In this document: piece after piece, positions 1 to 8,900 of the stretch
Numbering within the stretch: the first letter of the stretch is position 1
Layout of the letters: every line of letters begins with the position of its first letter
NCBI GenBank assembly: GCA_964202365.1
Contig: CAXNIN010000001.1
Location: forward strand, 1-52,848
Direction: 5' to 3'
DNA length: 52,848 nt
Origin: Myxococcota bacterium
GTDB lineage: Bacteria; Myxococcota_A; UBA796; SXON01
Position numbers and translations under genes: made by a program
The notes under the pieces: generated by a model
What the model saw: the letters and a program-made list of their open reading frames with translations, nothing else
Database searches by the model: none
What the model was told of the DNA's origin: nothing

Positions 1-118
1 TATAGATGGCCGGTCGCCTTTTTTTGGCCGACCCTTCAGCGGTTGCCATCCGCGAACACGTACCGTATCAAAACCATGTGGTTCCACGCCCGTTCTGCGC
101 CACCCTTGTGCGCCGCGT

Positions 119-769
119 TCAGGCGGCCTGGGCGGGGGTAGGGTTCTGCGCCAGCATCCCGGCCTCGTTGAGCCGCCGCCGGAGGGTGTCCTTCTGGATG
201 CCGGTCGCCTCGCTCACGGCTCGCCATCCCCAGCCCTGGTCGAGCAGGGACTTCGCCGCGACCAGCGCCTTGTCGGCCGTCGCCTTCCGCGGGCGACCGC
301 AGTGCCGCCCGGCGGCCTGCGCGCGGCGAACCCCGGCGATCACGCGCTCTTGGATTAGGTCGCGCTCGAACGCTGCGAACGCGCCGATCATCGCGGTGAA
401 GAGCCGCCCGGCGGGCGTCGTCGAGTCGAGGCCCGCGTCGCGGAGCGAGACGAAGTCCACCCCGTTCCCGGTGAGCTGGTCGAGGACCGCGAGGACGTGC
501 TGGAGGCTGCGCCCGAGCCGGTCGAGCTTCCACACGGCGACCACATCCAGCTTCCCAGCCTGTGAATCCGCCAACATCCGATCCAGCGCCGGGCGCGAGG
601 TCTTGACCCCCGACACGCCCGCATCGACGTACTCGATCACGGTCCATCCCCGCTGGGTGGCGACCTGGCGCAGCTCGTCGAGCTGGAGGCCAACGTCTTG
701 CCCGTGGTTCGTGGTGCTCACCCGGGCGTACAGCGCGGCGCGTCGGGTGGCGGGGGTGGTCGGCGGCAT
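119..769 (-). CDS. Small serine recombinase (resolvase/invertase family)
   Basis: 216 aa. N-terminal 'ALYARVSTTNHGQD' carries the catalytic-Ser motif. 'VWKLDRLGRS' and 'FERDLIQERV' are also present. C-terminal HTH 'GWRAVSEATGIQKDTLRRRL'. Composition is normal, unlike the overlapping Arg/Pro-rich frames. Confidence 0.9.
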   Translation of the reverse strand: MPPTTPATRRAALYARVSTTNHGQDVGLQLDELRQVATQRGWTVIEYVDAGVSGVKTSRPALDRMLADSQAGKLDVVAVWKLDRLGRSLQHVLAVLDQLTGNGVDFVSLRDAGLDSTTPAGRLFTAMIGAFAAFERDLIQERVIAGVRRAQAAGRHCGRPRKATADKALVAAKSLLDQGWGWRAVSEATGIQKDTLRRRLNEAGMLAQNPTPAQAA

Positions 770-879
770 GGCGGCTCCTCCCGATTTCTACCCCGAGAAC
801 CAAGGACGAGGGCGGAAAATCGCTTACAGCGGCCCGCTCGCGGCACGTCATCGGGGAATTGGACCGATCCTCTCGACTT

Positions 880-904
880 AGTAAAGGTATAACGCCAGTA
901 AAGG
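880..904. promoter_or_regulatory. Direct repeat AGTAAAGG (2 copies, 17-bp start-to-start spacing) upstream of the resolvase gene. Candidate res-like recombinase binding site or promoter
   Basis: agtaaagg occurs at 880-887 and 897-904, inside the unusually low-GC 770-990 spacer just upstream of the recombinase start (769). Confidence 0.2.
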
Positions 905-990
905 CTATCCATCGGTTCTGGCGGGTTTCGCGGCGTCTGGGCTGTACGAGAGCACGTTTGACGAGCCACAGCGGCCCCTGGAGCGCACGA

Positions 991-3477
991 TCATCCCGTC
1001 GAGAACGCCCCGCGCACGATCCCGAGCAGCGCCCCCCGGTTCCGAGCGAGGAACCCGTCGATGTACGCGACCTCGACGCCCAACGGGGGCCGGGCGCGAA
1101 GTGCGCCGATGGCCACCTCGAGGAGCCGCTCAGCCGAGGTCGCCGGCGGCGACGGCGCCGCCTGAACCCTCGCCGCCCGTTCCCGCTCGCGCACGAGCGC
1201 CGCGTTCGCCGCCTTCTCGGCCTTCACCGCGTCCCGCGCCGCCGCGAGCTGCTTCTCAAGCTTGGCGATCCGCCGGGTGTCCTCGGTCTCGCGCTCGGGG
1301 AGACGCAGCAGCTTCGTCGCGAGGACCGCGATGGCCGGGAGCAGGTGCGCGGTCGCGGCTCCCAAATCCTCCCTTCGGCTCACGAATTCTTCCGTGTGGC
1401 CTTCCCCCATGAGGCCGTCCAGGTGGGTCAGTTCGTGGACGGCGACGCCGTGCAGGAACGCCGCCAGAGCGAGGGGGCGATCACGATGCGCCTTCACCAC
1501 CTGCGCCATCCGGTCGGGGTGGATGAACACGAAGCGTCGGCCGCCGGGGCGCTCGACGGCCTCCCCCACCACGTTGTCGTCGAGCACGAACCCGGGCCGG
1601 AACGAGCGCCGGATGCGCGCCTCGGTCGCCACCATCCGTAGGGTGCCGTCCCACGCGAGCAGGAAGGGCACCCACTTCGCGTAGTTCTTACGGAAGCGCC
1701 GCGCCCGGTCGCGGTCGTAGGTCTTCTTGCTGATCCGCATCCCGGCGAAGCGGCCAAACGGGTTCTTGATCCTACGTTCGGCCTTGTCGAGCTGCTTCGC
1801 CCACGACGGGGTGATCGCGTCGAGCGCGCTCGTGGCCTTCGAGACCGCGACGGCCTGGATGAGCCCGCCACCGCCGGGCGCGAGCGCGGCCTCGGCGGCG
1901 CGGTCGATCGCTGCCTCGACGGCCTGTGTCTGCCACCCGTCGAGCGTCTGCCCTGCCTCGGCGCGCCGGAGCGCCTGATCCACCTGCTCGGTGACGATCA
2001 CGACGCGCACGCCGCCCGCTGCTTTCCCCTGTTCGTCGGCGTCGGCGAGCATCCTGCGGATCACGACCGCCGCCTGCACGTCGGATGGAGCGGCGATGTC
2101 GGTCGCGATCCCCCCGCCCGAGGCTGCGGCCTCCATCCCGGCGGGCAGCACCCAGCCGCGCTCGGGGGCGTCGCCGTCCGCGACGGCCTTCGTCCCACGC
2201 GGGGCGGCCGAGGCGATGGCCTCTTCGACGCCGCCGTACTTGGCCTGCGCCCCGTAGAAGTCGCGGATGCCCCCGGCAGCGTCGGCGATGGCTCGCTGAA
2301 CGTCGGCATCCCCGAACGCCTCGGCCATCTGGTCAGCGATGTCGGCGCCGCCGGTGTCGTCGTCACCCTCGGGGTCGATCCACTCGTCCTCGGTGCTGTT
2401 CCCGACCGACTCGTTCTCGCGTTCCACCTCGTCCACCAGGTCGGAGAAGGTCCACGCGGCCTGGTCCTGGAGCCCGTCGCGGGCGGCGTTCATGGGGTAG
2501 CCGCGCTGGCCAGGTCGCACCGTCGTCGCGAGATCCACCACGATGTCGGCCTTGAGCCCACCGCGCTGGGCGGGAGCCTTGATCTGGAAAAGGCCCCCCA
2601 GACGCAGGTAGTAGGCTCCGCCCCGGTCGCCCGGCGCTCGCCGGTACGCCTTCACCGCGGCGGTCGTTCCGTCTCCCCACGAGCCCTCGACGGCAACGCG
2701 AGAGCCACCGCGCCGACTGAACATGGGCTTCACCTCGACCCCGTTGAACATCAGCCGGATCCCGGGGAGGTCGTTGGCGGCGAGCAGCTCGCGGAGGCGG
2801 TCCTCGATGCCGACGTACACCCCGCGGGCGCGGTCCCAGTAGCGCACGAAGTCAGGGTCAACGTCGGATACGGTCAGGAGGGTACCCTGCCGGAACGGAG
2901 CGTCGAACACCTGCACGTCGGCGTCCGCGCCGTCCGCCACGGCGAGGTTGTCGCGGCTGTGCATGGTCCACTTGAAGCTCCTCGACACGCCGAGGATCAC
3001 CGCCTTCGCTACGCCGAAACCGCCTGCGGCCTCGCCCGAGTTGGCGGCGTCCCGCTTGCCGCTCTCGCCGATGGACAGGAACCTGCCGATGATGGTGTCG
3101 GCGTCCATCGCGATGCCGTTGTCCTCGAAGGTCAACGCGCGTAGCGTTGGATCCCATGAAACGCCGAAGAAGCCATCGTCGGCCTTGATCTGCCGGGCGC
3201 GGATCGCCGCCTTGATCGCATCGACGGAATTTTGCATGGCCTCCCTGGTGGCGAGCCACGGGAGGTCACCCGATTTGTAAACGGCCTTGGTGAAGTAGCC
3301 CCATAGTACCGACACATTCGCCGACGGGCGACCCGACGCCTTCGCCGTCATAGCCTCCCGGATCTCCGGCTGTCCACCCAGCTCGCGACGGAGCGCGTGG
3401 TGGTCCAGGCGTAGCCGGGCCGTCGCCTTCTGCGTGCCGGGGGCGGGCATCGGCCGCGAGCAGGGACAGGGCTTCAT
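991..3477 (-). CDS. GHKL (Bergerat-fold, MORC/HATPase_c_3-like) ATPase with a C-terminal HExxH metallopeptidase-like motif
   Basis: Same frame as track ORF 991..3978. Start placed at ATG 3477, which overlaps the TGA of the upstream methyltransferase (ATGA); an alternative ATG is at 3351. N-box 'REAMQNSVDA', G1 'FEDNGIAMD', G2 'AAGGFGVAKA'. C-terminal 'VAVHELTHLDGLMGEGHTEEF'; HELTH is encoded at 1423-1437. Confidence 0.7.
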   Translation of the reverse strand: MKPCPCSRPMPAPGTQKATARLRLDHHALRRELGGQPEIREAMTAKASGRPSANVSVLWGYFTKAVYKSGDLPWLATREAMQNSVDAIKAAIRARQIKADDGFFGVSWDPTLRALTFEDNGIAMDADTIIGRFLSIGESGKRDAANSGEAAGGFGVAKAVILGVSRSFKWTMHSRDNLAVADGADADVQVFDAPFRQGTLLTVSDVDPDFVRYWDRARGVYVGIEDRLRELLAANDLPGIRLMFNGVEVKPMFSRRGGSRVAVEGSWGDGTTAAVKAYRRAPGDRGGAYYLRLGGLFQIKAPAQRGGLKADIVVDLATTVRPGQRGYPMNAARDGLQDQAAWTFSDLVDEVERENESVGNSTEDEWIDPEGDDDTGGADIADQMAEAFGDADVQRAIADAAGGIRDFYGAQAKYGGVEEAIASAAPRGTKAVADGDAPERGWVLPAGMEAAASGGGIATDIAAPSDVQAAVVIRRMLADADEQGKAAGGVRVVIVTEQVDQALRRAEAGQTLDGWQTQAVEAAIDRAAEAALAPGGGGLIQAVAVSKATSALDAITPSWAKQLDKAERRIKNPFGRFAGMRISKKTYDRDRARRFRKNYAKWVPFLLAWDGTLRMVATEARIRRSFRPGFVLDDNVVGEAVERPGGRRFVFIHPDRMAQVVKAHRDRPLALAAFLHGVAVHELTHLDGLMGEGHTEEFVSRREDLGAATAHLLPAIAVLATKLLRLPERETEDTRRIAKLEKQLAAARDAVKAEKAANAALVRERERAARVQAAPSPPATSAERLLEVAIGALRARPPLGVEVAYIDGFLARNRGALLGIVRGAFSTG

Positions 3478-4565
3478 GGCGTTGCTCCAAGGTGGGCGGG
3501 CACGGTGAGCCGGTGACGCCGAAGCACGTCCGTGAGGTCGGGCGAGTCGAGGCCACCTGCCCGCAGGGCGGTCCACGCCCGGTGCGCCCCGGCCACCAGA
3601 CGGGCGCACACCTCCGCGAGCACCGGCGGGACGGCGTTCCCGACCTGGGTGTAGTGGTCGTGAACGGTGCCCTGGAGCGGCCAGTCGTCGGGAAAGCCCT
3701 GGAGCTTCAGCCCCTCGGCCACGTCGATCCGGCGGATGCCGGCGACGAGAAAGGCCGCGTCCGAAGCGCGGTCGGGACCGCCGTTGAACGTCCACCCGGC
3801 GAGGCCGTTGGCGCGGGTGCCCTTCTCGTCCGTGGTGGTGACCGTAGGCGCCGGGGCGTCCAGTCGCCACCGCTCGCTGCACGCGCGCCCGTGGTCCTCG
3901 TCGCAGGGGTAGCAGACCCGGCGTTCGCAGGTGCCTCGGTGCAACGTGTCGCCGATGGCGTCGCCCATCGTGATCCACGGTTCGAGGTCGCGGACCTCGG
4001 CAGCGGCCGGATGCGCGTGGGTCGGCGTCGGCCCGTCGTCAGGGAGCGGGAGCGGCCCGCCCCACAGGACGAGTCGCCGCCGGTTCTGGGGCACGCCGTA
4101 GTCGGCGGCATCGAGCAGCCACGTCCCGGAGAAGGCGAACCGCGTCGCGAGTGCGCGCTGGATGCGGGCGAGGTCGCACGCCGGGCAGGCTACCCCCTCT
4201 GCGCCGCAGCGATCCGCGTGGTACGACCAACCAAGTACGTTCTCGGCCAGGAACCACGTCGGGCGGCAGGCGTCGATGGCGCGCAGGGTGACGGGCCAGC
4301 CGTCGCGCTCGTCGCCGGCGCCGAGGCGCTTCCCCGCCGTGCTGCCCGGCTGGCACGGGGGGGAGGCCCACAACAGATCGACGGCGCCGAGCCAGAGGGC
4401 GAAGTCCACCGACCGGACATCGGCCGCCACGGCGGGGAACCCCGCAGCGCGCAGGGTGTCGGCCGCAGAGCCGTTTCGCTCCACTGCGGCGGCGTGCTCG
4501 AATCCGGCGCGGTGCAGGCCGAGCGCGGCACCGCCGGCACCAGCGAAGAGTTCGAGCGCGCGCAT
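3474..4565 (-). CDS. DNA (cytosine-5)-methyltransferase
   Basis: Real start is ATG 4565 within track ORF 3474..5687; the upstream 374 codons are Arg/Pro-rich read-through. Motif I 'LELFAGAGGAALG', motif IV 'ASPPCQP', motif VI 'FLAENV', 'QNRRR', and C-terminal 'GNAVPP'. Confidence 0.92.
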   Translation of the reverse strand: MRALELFAGAGGAALGLHRAGFEHAAAVERNGSAADTLRAAGFPAVAADVRSVDFALWLGAVDLLWASPPCQPGSTAGKRLGAGDERDGWPVTLRAIDACRPTWFLAENVLGWSYHADRCGAEGVACPACDLARIQRALATRFAFSGTWLLDAADYGVPQNRRRLVLWGGPLPLPDDGPTPTHAHPAAAEVRDLEPWITMGDAIGDTLHRGTCERRVCYPCDEDHGRACSERWRLDAPAPTVTTTDEKGTRANGLAGWTFNGGPDRASDAAFLVAGIRRIDVAEGLKLQGFPDDWPLQGTVHDHYTQVGNAVPPVLAEVCARLVAGAHRAWTALRAGGLDSPDLTDVLRRHRLTVPAHLGATP

Positions 4566-4579
4566 CGCGTCGTCCGCGG

Positions 4580-4921
4580 TCAGGCGCGTTCGGCGGATAG
4601 CCGACCGAGACCGCCGCTCGCGCGCCGGAGCTTCCCGAGGGCCGCTGCGAGCTGGCCGCTCGTCGGCTCCTCCCGTTTGAAGTGGAGGCTCCAGATCGCT
4701 TCGATGAGCATGTCGAGGATCGCCTCCCGGTGAGGGTGAGGCACGCAGAAGCTCTCGCGATCGAGGCTTTCGAGCGTACCGAGCGCGTTGAGCATCGCGT
4801 CGCGCACCCACGCCTTCTTGAACGAGCCGGTGTGACGCCCGAACGTGCGCTGCGCGGTCTCCATCAGGTCGCGGAGGATGGGGGTGAGCCACTCGGGGAG
4901 GTTGACGGTGGAGAGGTCCAT
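4580..4921 (-). CDS. Hypothetical small protein
   Basis: 113-aa ORF with balanced composition. It fits the gap between the lysozyme-like gene (stop 4958) and the C5-methyltransferase (start 4565). No motif recognised. Confidence 0.5.
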   Translation of the reverse strand: MDLSTVNLPEWLTPILRDLMETAQRTFGRHTGSFKKAWVRDAMLNALGTLESLDRESFCVPHPHREAILDMLIEAIWSLHFKREEPTSGQLAAALGKLRRASGGLGRLSAERA

Positions 4922-4957
4922 GTGGGTGTCCTGGGGTGAGGGTCGGATCGGAAAAGG

Positions 4958-5962
4958 TCAGGCCGCACGCCGCGTCGCCGCGAGGTCCACGGGCGTGTCG
5001 CGCAGGAGGGGATCGGTGAGGATGTCGCTCGACCGCTTCGTGATCAGGTCGTAGAGGCTCCACGGCTTCGACGGGGGGCCGGTGACGGCGTGCCACACCC
5101 CGGAGACGCTGACCCGCCGGACCCGGTAGGCGCCGAGCGCCAGTTCCGACCACTCCGTCGCGACGGGCGACCACCAGATGTTGCCGTCGTCGTTGTAGTT
5201 CCGACGCTCCGGGGCTGAGGTGCGCCGGAACTTCGACGCGCACGTCCATGCGTACTGCGCCACCACGTCGTTGGGGGCAGCGGGACGGCGGCGAGGATCT
5301 TCGGCGTACCAGGCTACGAGCCGCTTGGCTGGGCCGAGGGCGCCCGTCGCGCCCTGGTGGACGGTGCGGTTGTAGTACAAAACCATCGCCCGCTCGGTGT
5401 TCACCCCGAGCAGGCCGGCGATCTCGACGGCCCCGGCCATGTATTCGGACTCGGCCGCGACGCGCGCCTGGGTCTGCTGGAACGCCGGCCAGCGGCCTGC
5501 GGCGGCGAAGCGGGACACCCACGGCTCGGCCCACAGCGCGACGCCATCGACAGCTTCGAGGCTCGCGCGGCCGGTCACGTCGAGGAGCTTCGCCCAGCTC
5601 GCGCCGAAGATGCGGCCGAAGGCGGCGGGGTCGGTGACAGCCATCTCGCGGAGCAAGCGGCCGAGCGAGCCCGACTTCTGCGTCCACTGGAGGATGCCGT
5701 AGCTGACGCCGTTGCCGTCGAGGTTCTGCTGGACCGACCAGAAGTTGCCCTCGTGCTCGCTCGTCTTGCGGAGGAGCGTCGGGATCCAGTCCGTGATGAG
5801 TTCTTCCACCTTCTCCTCCAGTTTCTTCGCCGCCTTCCCGGCGGATTCAGCGGTCTGTTGCGCGGCGCGGCGCGCCGACGGCGACGAGGCTGCCGCTGCG
5901 AGCAGGAGCAGCCCGAAGGCACCCGCGCCGAGCAGGAGCGGGGTGTTGTTGGCGCGGCTCAT
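4958..5962 (-). CDS. Membrane-anchored lysozyme-like protein (putative peptidoglycan hydrolase)
   Basis: 334 aa. N-terminal hydrophobic anchor 'LLLGAGAFGLLLLAAAA'. 'EHEGNFWSVQQNLDGNGVSYGILQW' resembles the E...D-G-x-G-x-S/T-x-G catalytic region of lysozyme-superfamily enzymes. ATGA overlap (5959-5962) with the upstream giant gene. The functional call is tentative. Confidence 0.55.
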   Translation of the reverse strand: MSRANNTPLLLGAGAFGLLLLAAAASSPSARRAAQQTAESAGKAAKKLEEKVEELITDWIPTLLRKTSEHEGNFWSVQQNLDGNGVSYGILQWTQKSGSLGRLLREMAVTDPAAFGRIFGASWAKLLDVTGRASLEAVDGVALWAEPWVSRFAAAGRWPAFQQTQARVAAESEYMAGAVEIAGLLGVNTERAMVLYYNRTVHQGATGALGPAKRLVAWYAEDPRRRPAAPNDVVAQYAWTCASKFRRTSAPERRNYNDDGNIWWSPVATEWSELALGAYRVRRVSVSGVWHAVTGPPSKPWSLYDLITKRSSDILTDPLLRDTPVDLAATRRAA

Positions 5963-8900
5963 TTCGCCACCGCCGCGCTACCACCGAACGGCGGCACCCC
6001 GGCCAGGGGCTCGATGTCCTCCTCGTCGGCCTCGCCGGAGAGCAGGTTCCGTGGGATCGACCGACCCCACCACCAGCGCCCGGCCTCGGCCAGCTCGCCG
6101 AACTTGAGCCCCGAGTCGGGGGCCTGGGCGAGAAACGCCTGCCATCCGGCTTCGGTCGGCGGGAGCACGTCCACACCCGCCGTGCCGGACGCCGCGCCCG
6201 CGTTGGCGACGCGCAGCCCAGCCGGCGAGACCACCGGGATCTTCTGGCCCTGCTGGTTGTAGTACGACACCTTCGCCAGCGCGCCGATCACGGTGTCGGC
6301 CACCTGCGGCCAGGTGCGCTCGACCCACCCGTCGGTGGCGTGCTGCCAGCCGAGGCCGGGCCAGTCGCCCGAGTACCGGAGCCGGTCGTTGGCGGCCTGG
6401 GTGACGGCACGGACGGTGGACGGCTCCTCGTCAGCCGGGAACGTCGCGCCGTAGTTCTCCGGCTTGAGCGACGCGAACTTGCCGTCGTCGGCCTTGGCCA
6501 GCTTCCACCCGGCTTCTCCCGCCGAGCGCAGCGCGATCTGCCCGTCCTTCGTGACCTTCCCGAACTCGATGTAGTCGATGCGCGAGGTGTTCCACGCGCT
6601 CGGGACGCCGACGCGGAGGCCCTCGTACACGGGGCCGCCACCCTCGGCGACGAGCACGGGCCGGTCGCGCACCACGACGGCGGACGCCGCCCAGGGCCAC
6701 GCCTCGACGTTGACGCGGGTGAGGTGCTTCAGCCGCTCCTCGGCCTCGCCGCGCAGACGAGCGGCTTCGGTGCCGTCTCGGGTGCGCTCCGCGTTGCGGA
6801 AGCGGGCGTTGATGGCGCGGAGGAGCTTCGACGCCTCGGCGCCGATCTTCTTCTTCGCCTCCGCCTCCCGCTGGGCGCGCTCGGCCTCGAGTCGGGCGCG
6901 GGTCTGCTCGGGGTTGCGGCTGATGAGGAGCAGGATCTCCTCGGGCCCCATGTCCATCTGCGCGCCCGGGTTGTTGGTGTCCCGGTCTTGGGACTTCAGC
7001 AATTGCGTCATCCAACCCCGCTTTCCCTGGATGAGATTGAAGCGGAGCCCGTCCTGGCTGCGACGCGAGAAGTAGTAGTAGATCGAGATCGCCGCGAGGG
7101 TGTTGCCCTGCCGGACGCCGCGCCCGTTGCGCTGCTGGAGGGTGGCGGGCTCCCACGGGAGATCGAGGTGGTGGATGGCGCAGGTGCGCGTCTGGAGGTC
7201 GATGCCCTCGTAGGCGACAGCGTTGGCGATCACCACGTCGAACTTGGGCTTCGTCTCGCTCTCGGGCTCGCCGTTGAACTCCTTGGCGATGCGCTGCCGG
7301 TCGGCCGCGTTGGGCGCGACCTCGGCATTGAGCACGCCGATCCGGTCGGCGGCGATGCCCGCGTTCACGAGCGTCATCTTCACCCAGCGATGGGCGGCGA
7401 CGTTGTCCACGAACACGATGTGGCCGCACGTCCGGTTCGCCAGCACGCGCTCCGCGAGCGCGTCGAACTTGGGCGACGACGGGTCGTTCACCTGGTCCGC
7501 GTTCTTCCACGAGTAGCCCTGGTCGAGCTGGGCGTGGACGGCGACGAGCGCCATGCGGGCGAGCAGGCCGAGGATCTTCGCCTTGTCGCTCGGGTCGTCG
7601 GACTTGAGCGCCGCCTCGATCTCGCGGACGTAGCGGTCGTACTTGGCATCCTGGGCCGCGTCCATATCGACCTCGACCATCTCGACCTTCGGTTCCGGGA
7701 GCTTCAACCCCACGTCCTCGGCGGTCTTGAACTCGCCGTAGCGGAGGATGGTGTCGCGCAGCTCGTGAAGGTTCTGGAACCCGACGACGGCCCCGCGCTC
7801 CTCGACCTCCATGGTGGGGGTCACGACGGGCTTGATCTCGATGCGGAGGTAGCGGTCAATGAACTGCTCGGGGTCGCGGATGCCCATCCGGCGCCACGCC
7901 TCGGGATCGACGTACTGGATGAGGTTGTAGAACTCCAACGGGCTGTTCTTGGCGGGCGTCGCGGAGAGGAGCACCACGCCGGTCCCGCCGGTCTTCTTGC
8001 GGACGGCCGCGCACCGGAAGTCGAGTTGCCACGCGCGCTTGCTGCCGTCGCCCGGGTTCCCCATGAAGCGGGGGACGCCGCCTTCGCGATCTTCGGGCAG
8101 GTACAGATTCTTGTAATTTTGAGCTTCATCCACGATCAGCATGTCCACGCCGATGTCGTCCCAGGCGATGCCGGGGTCGTACTCCCAGCCCTCGGCCAGT
8201 TCCATCTGCTGGGCCACCCACGCGGCGATGCCTTCGCGGAGGATCGCCTCGTCGCGCTCGGAGAGCTTTTTGCGCTTGGCAGCGTTGCGACGGCGCAGCG
8301 CGACCTCGCGCTGGATCGCCTCGGTCTTGTCGGCGTAGGCGCGCACGGCCTTCTCGTTCATGCGCGTGCGCCCGAGCGCGGTGTAGCTGAGCAGCACGGC
8401 GTCGTACTCGCCGGCCTGGAACCGGGTCCACTTCTCGGCCCGCTCCTGCGGCGTGTCGGTGTCGCTCGTGGCGAGCCCCTTCCGGTCGCCTCGGGTGATC
8501 GTCTTCTTCTTCGAGCCGATGACCGCCACTCGATAGTCGGGGAGCGCCGTGGCGAAGTCGTCGTACCACTTCCACACGATGGAGTTGGGCACGAGCACGA
8601 CGGGGCGCTTGCACCACCCCTCCTGGCGAGCGCGGGCGAGCACAGCGAGGCCGGTGTAGGTCTTGCCGACGCCCACGTCGAACGCCAGCAGTCCGCCCCG
8701 GTTCGCGAGGATGCGGCGGGCGCCCGCCACCTGGTGCGGATCGAGGCGCACGGGGCGCTCGCCCGGCCGGAGCGCCGAGGCGGGCCGGTGGCCGCGACCG
8801 CGCGTCCAGCGGGCGACTGCGAGCGGCTCGGCGGTGTAGCTCGGGGCGATGTAGCCCCGGAACTGCCGGTTGTAGGCGTGCTCGATGGCGAGGCGACGCT

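Noticed and set aside
8-30. ggccggtcgcc-ttttttt-ggccgaccc imperfect hairpin at the window start, considered as a terminator of the resolvase gene
   Set aside because: The T-run is in the loop rather than after the stem, and the stem needs a bulge. On the minus strand (the resolvase sense) it gives an A-loop with no U-tract.
1-990. Search by eye for a direct repeat of the tRNA-Asn 3' segment (41411-41460) that would mark the left attachment site
   Set aside because: No convincing copy was seen in the window. The left boundary probably lies upstream of position 1. A serine-integrase att site may also share only a few bases, so no left end is reported.
3978-5687. N-terminal extensions of track ORFs: 991..3978, 3474..5687, 44035..47943, 44041..46875, 49464..51719, 20160..21203, 20882..22228, 23170..23799, 23841..24602, 25858..26931
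   Set aside because: The extensions overlap well-supported neighbouring genes in other frames and are Arg/Pro-rich. Internal ATG/GTG starts coincide with upstream stops or RBS-like sequences.
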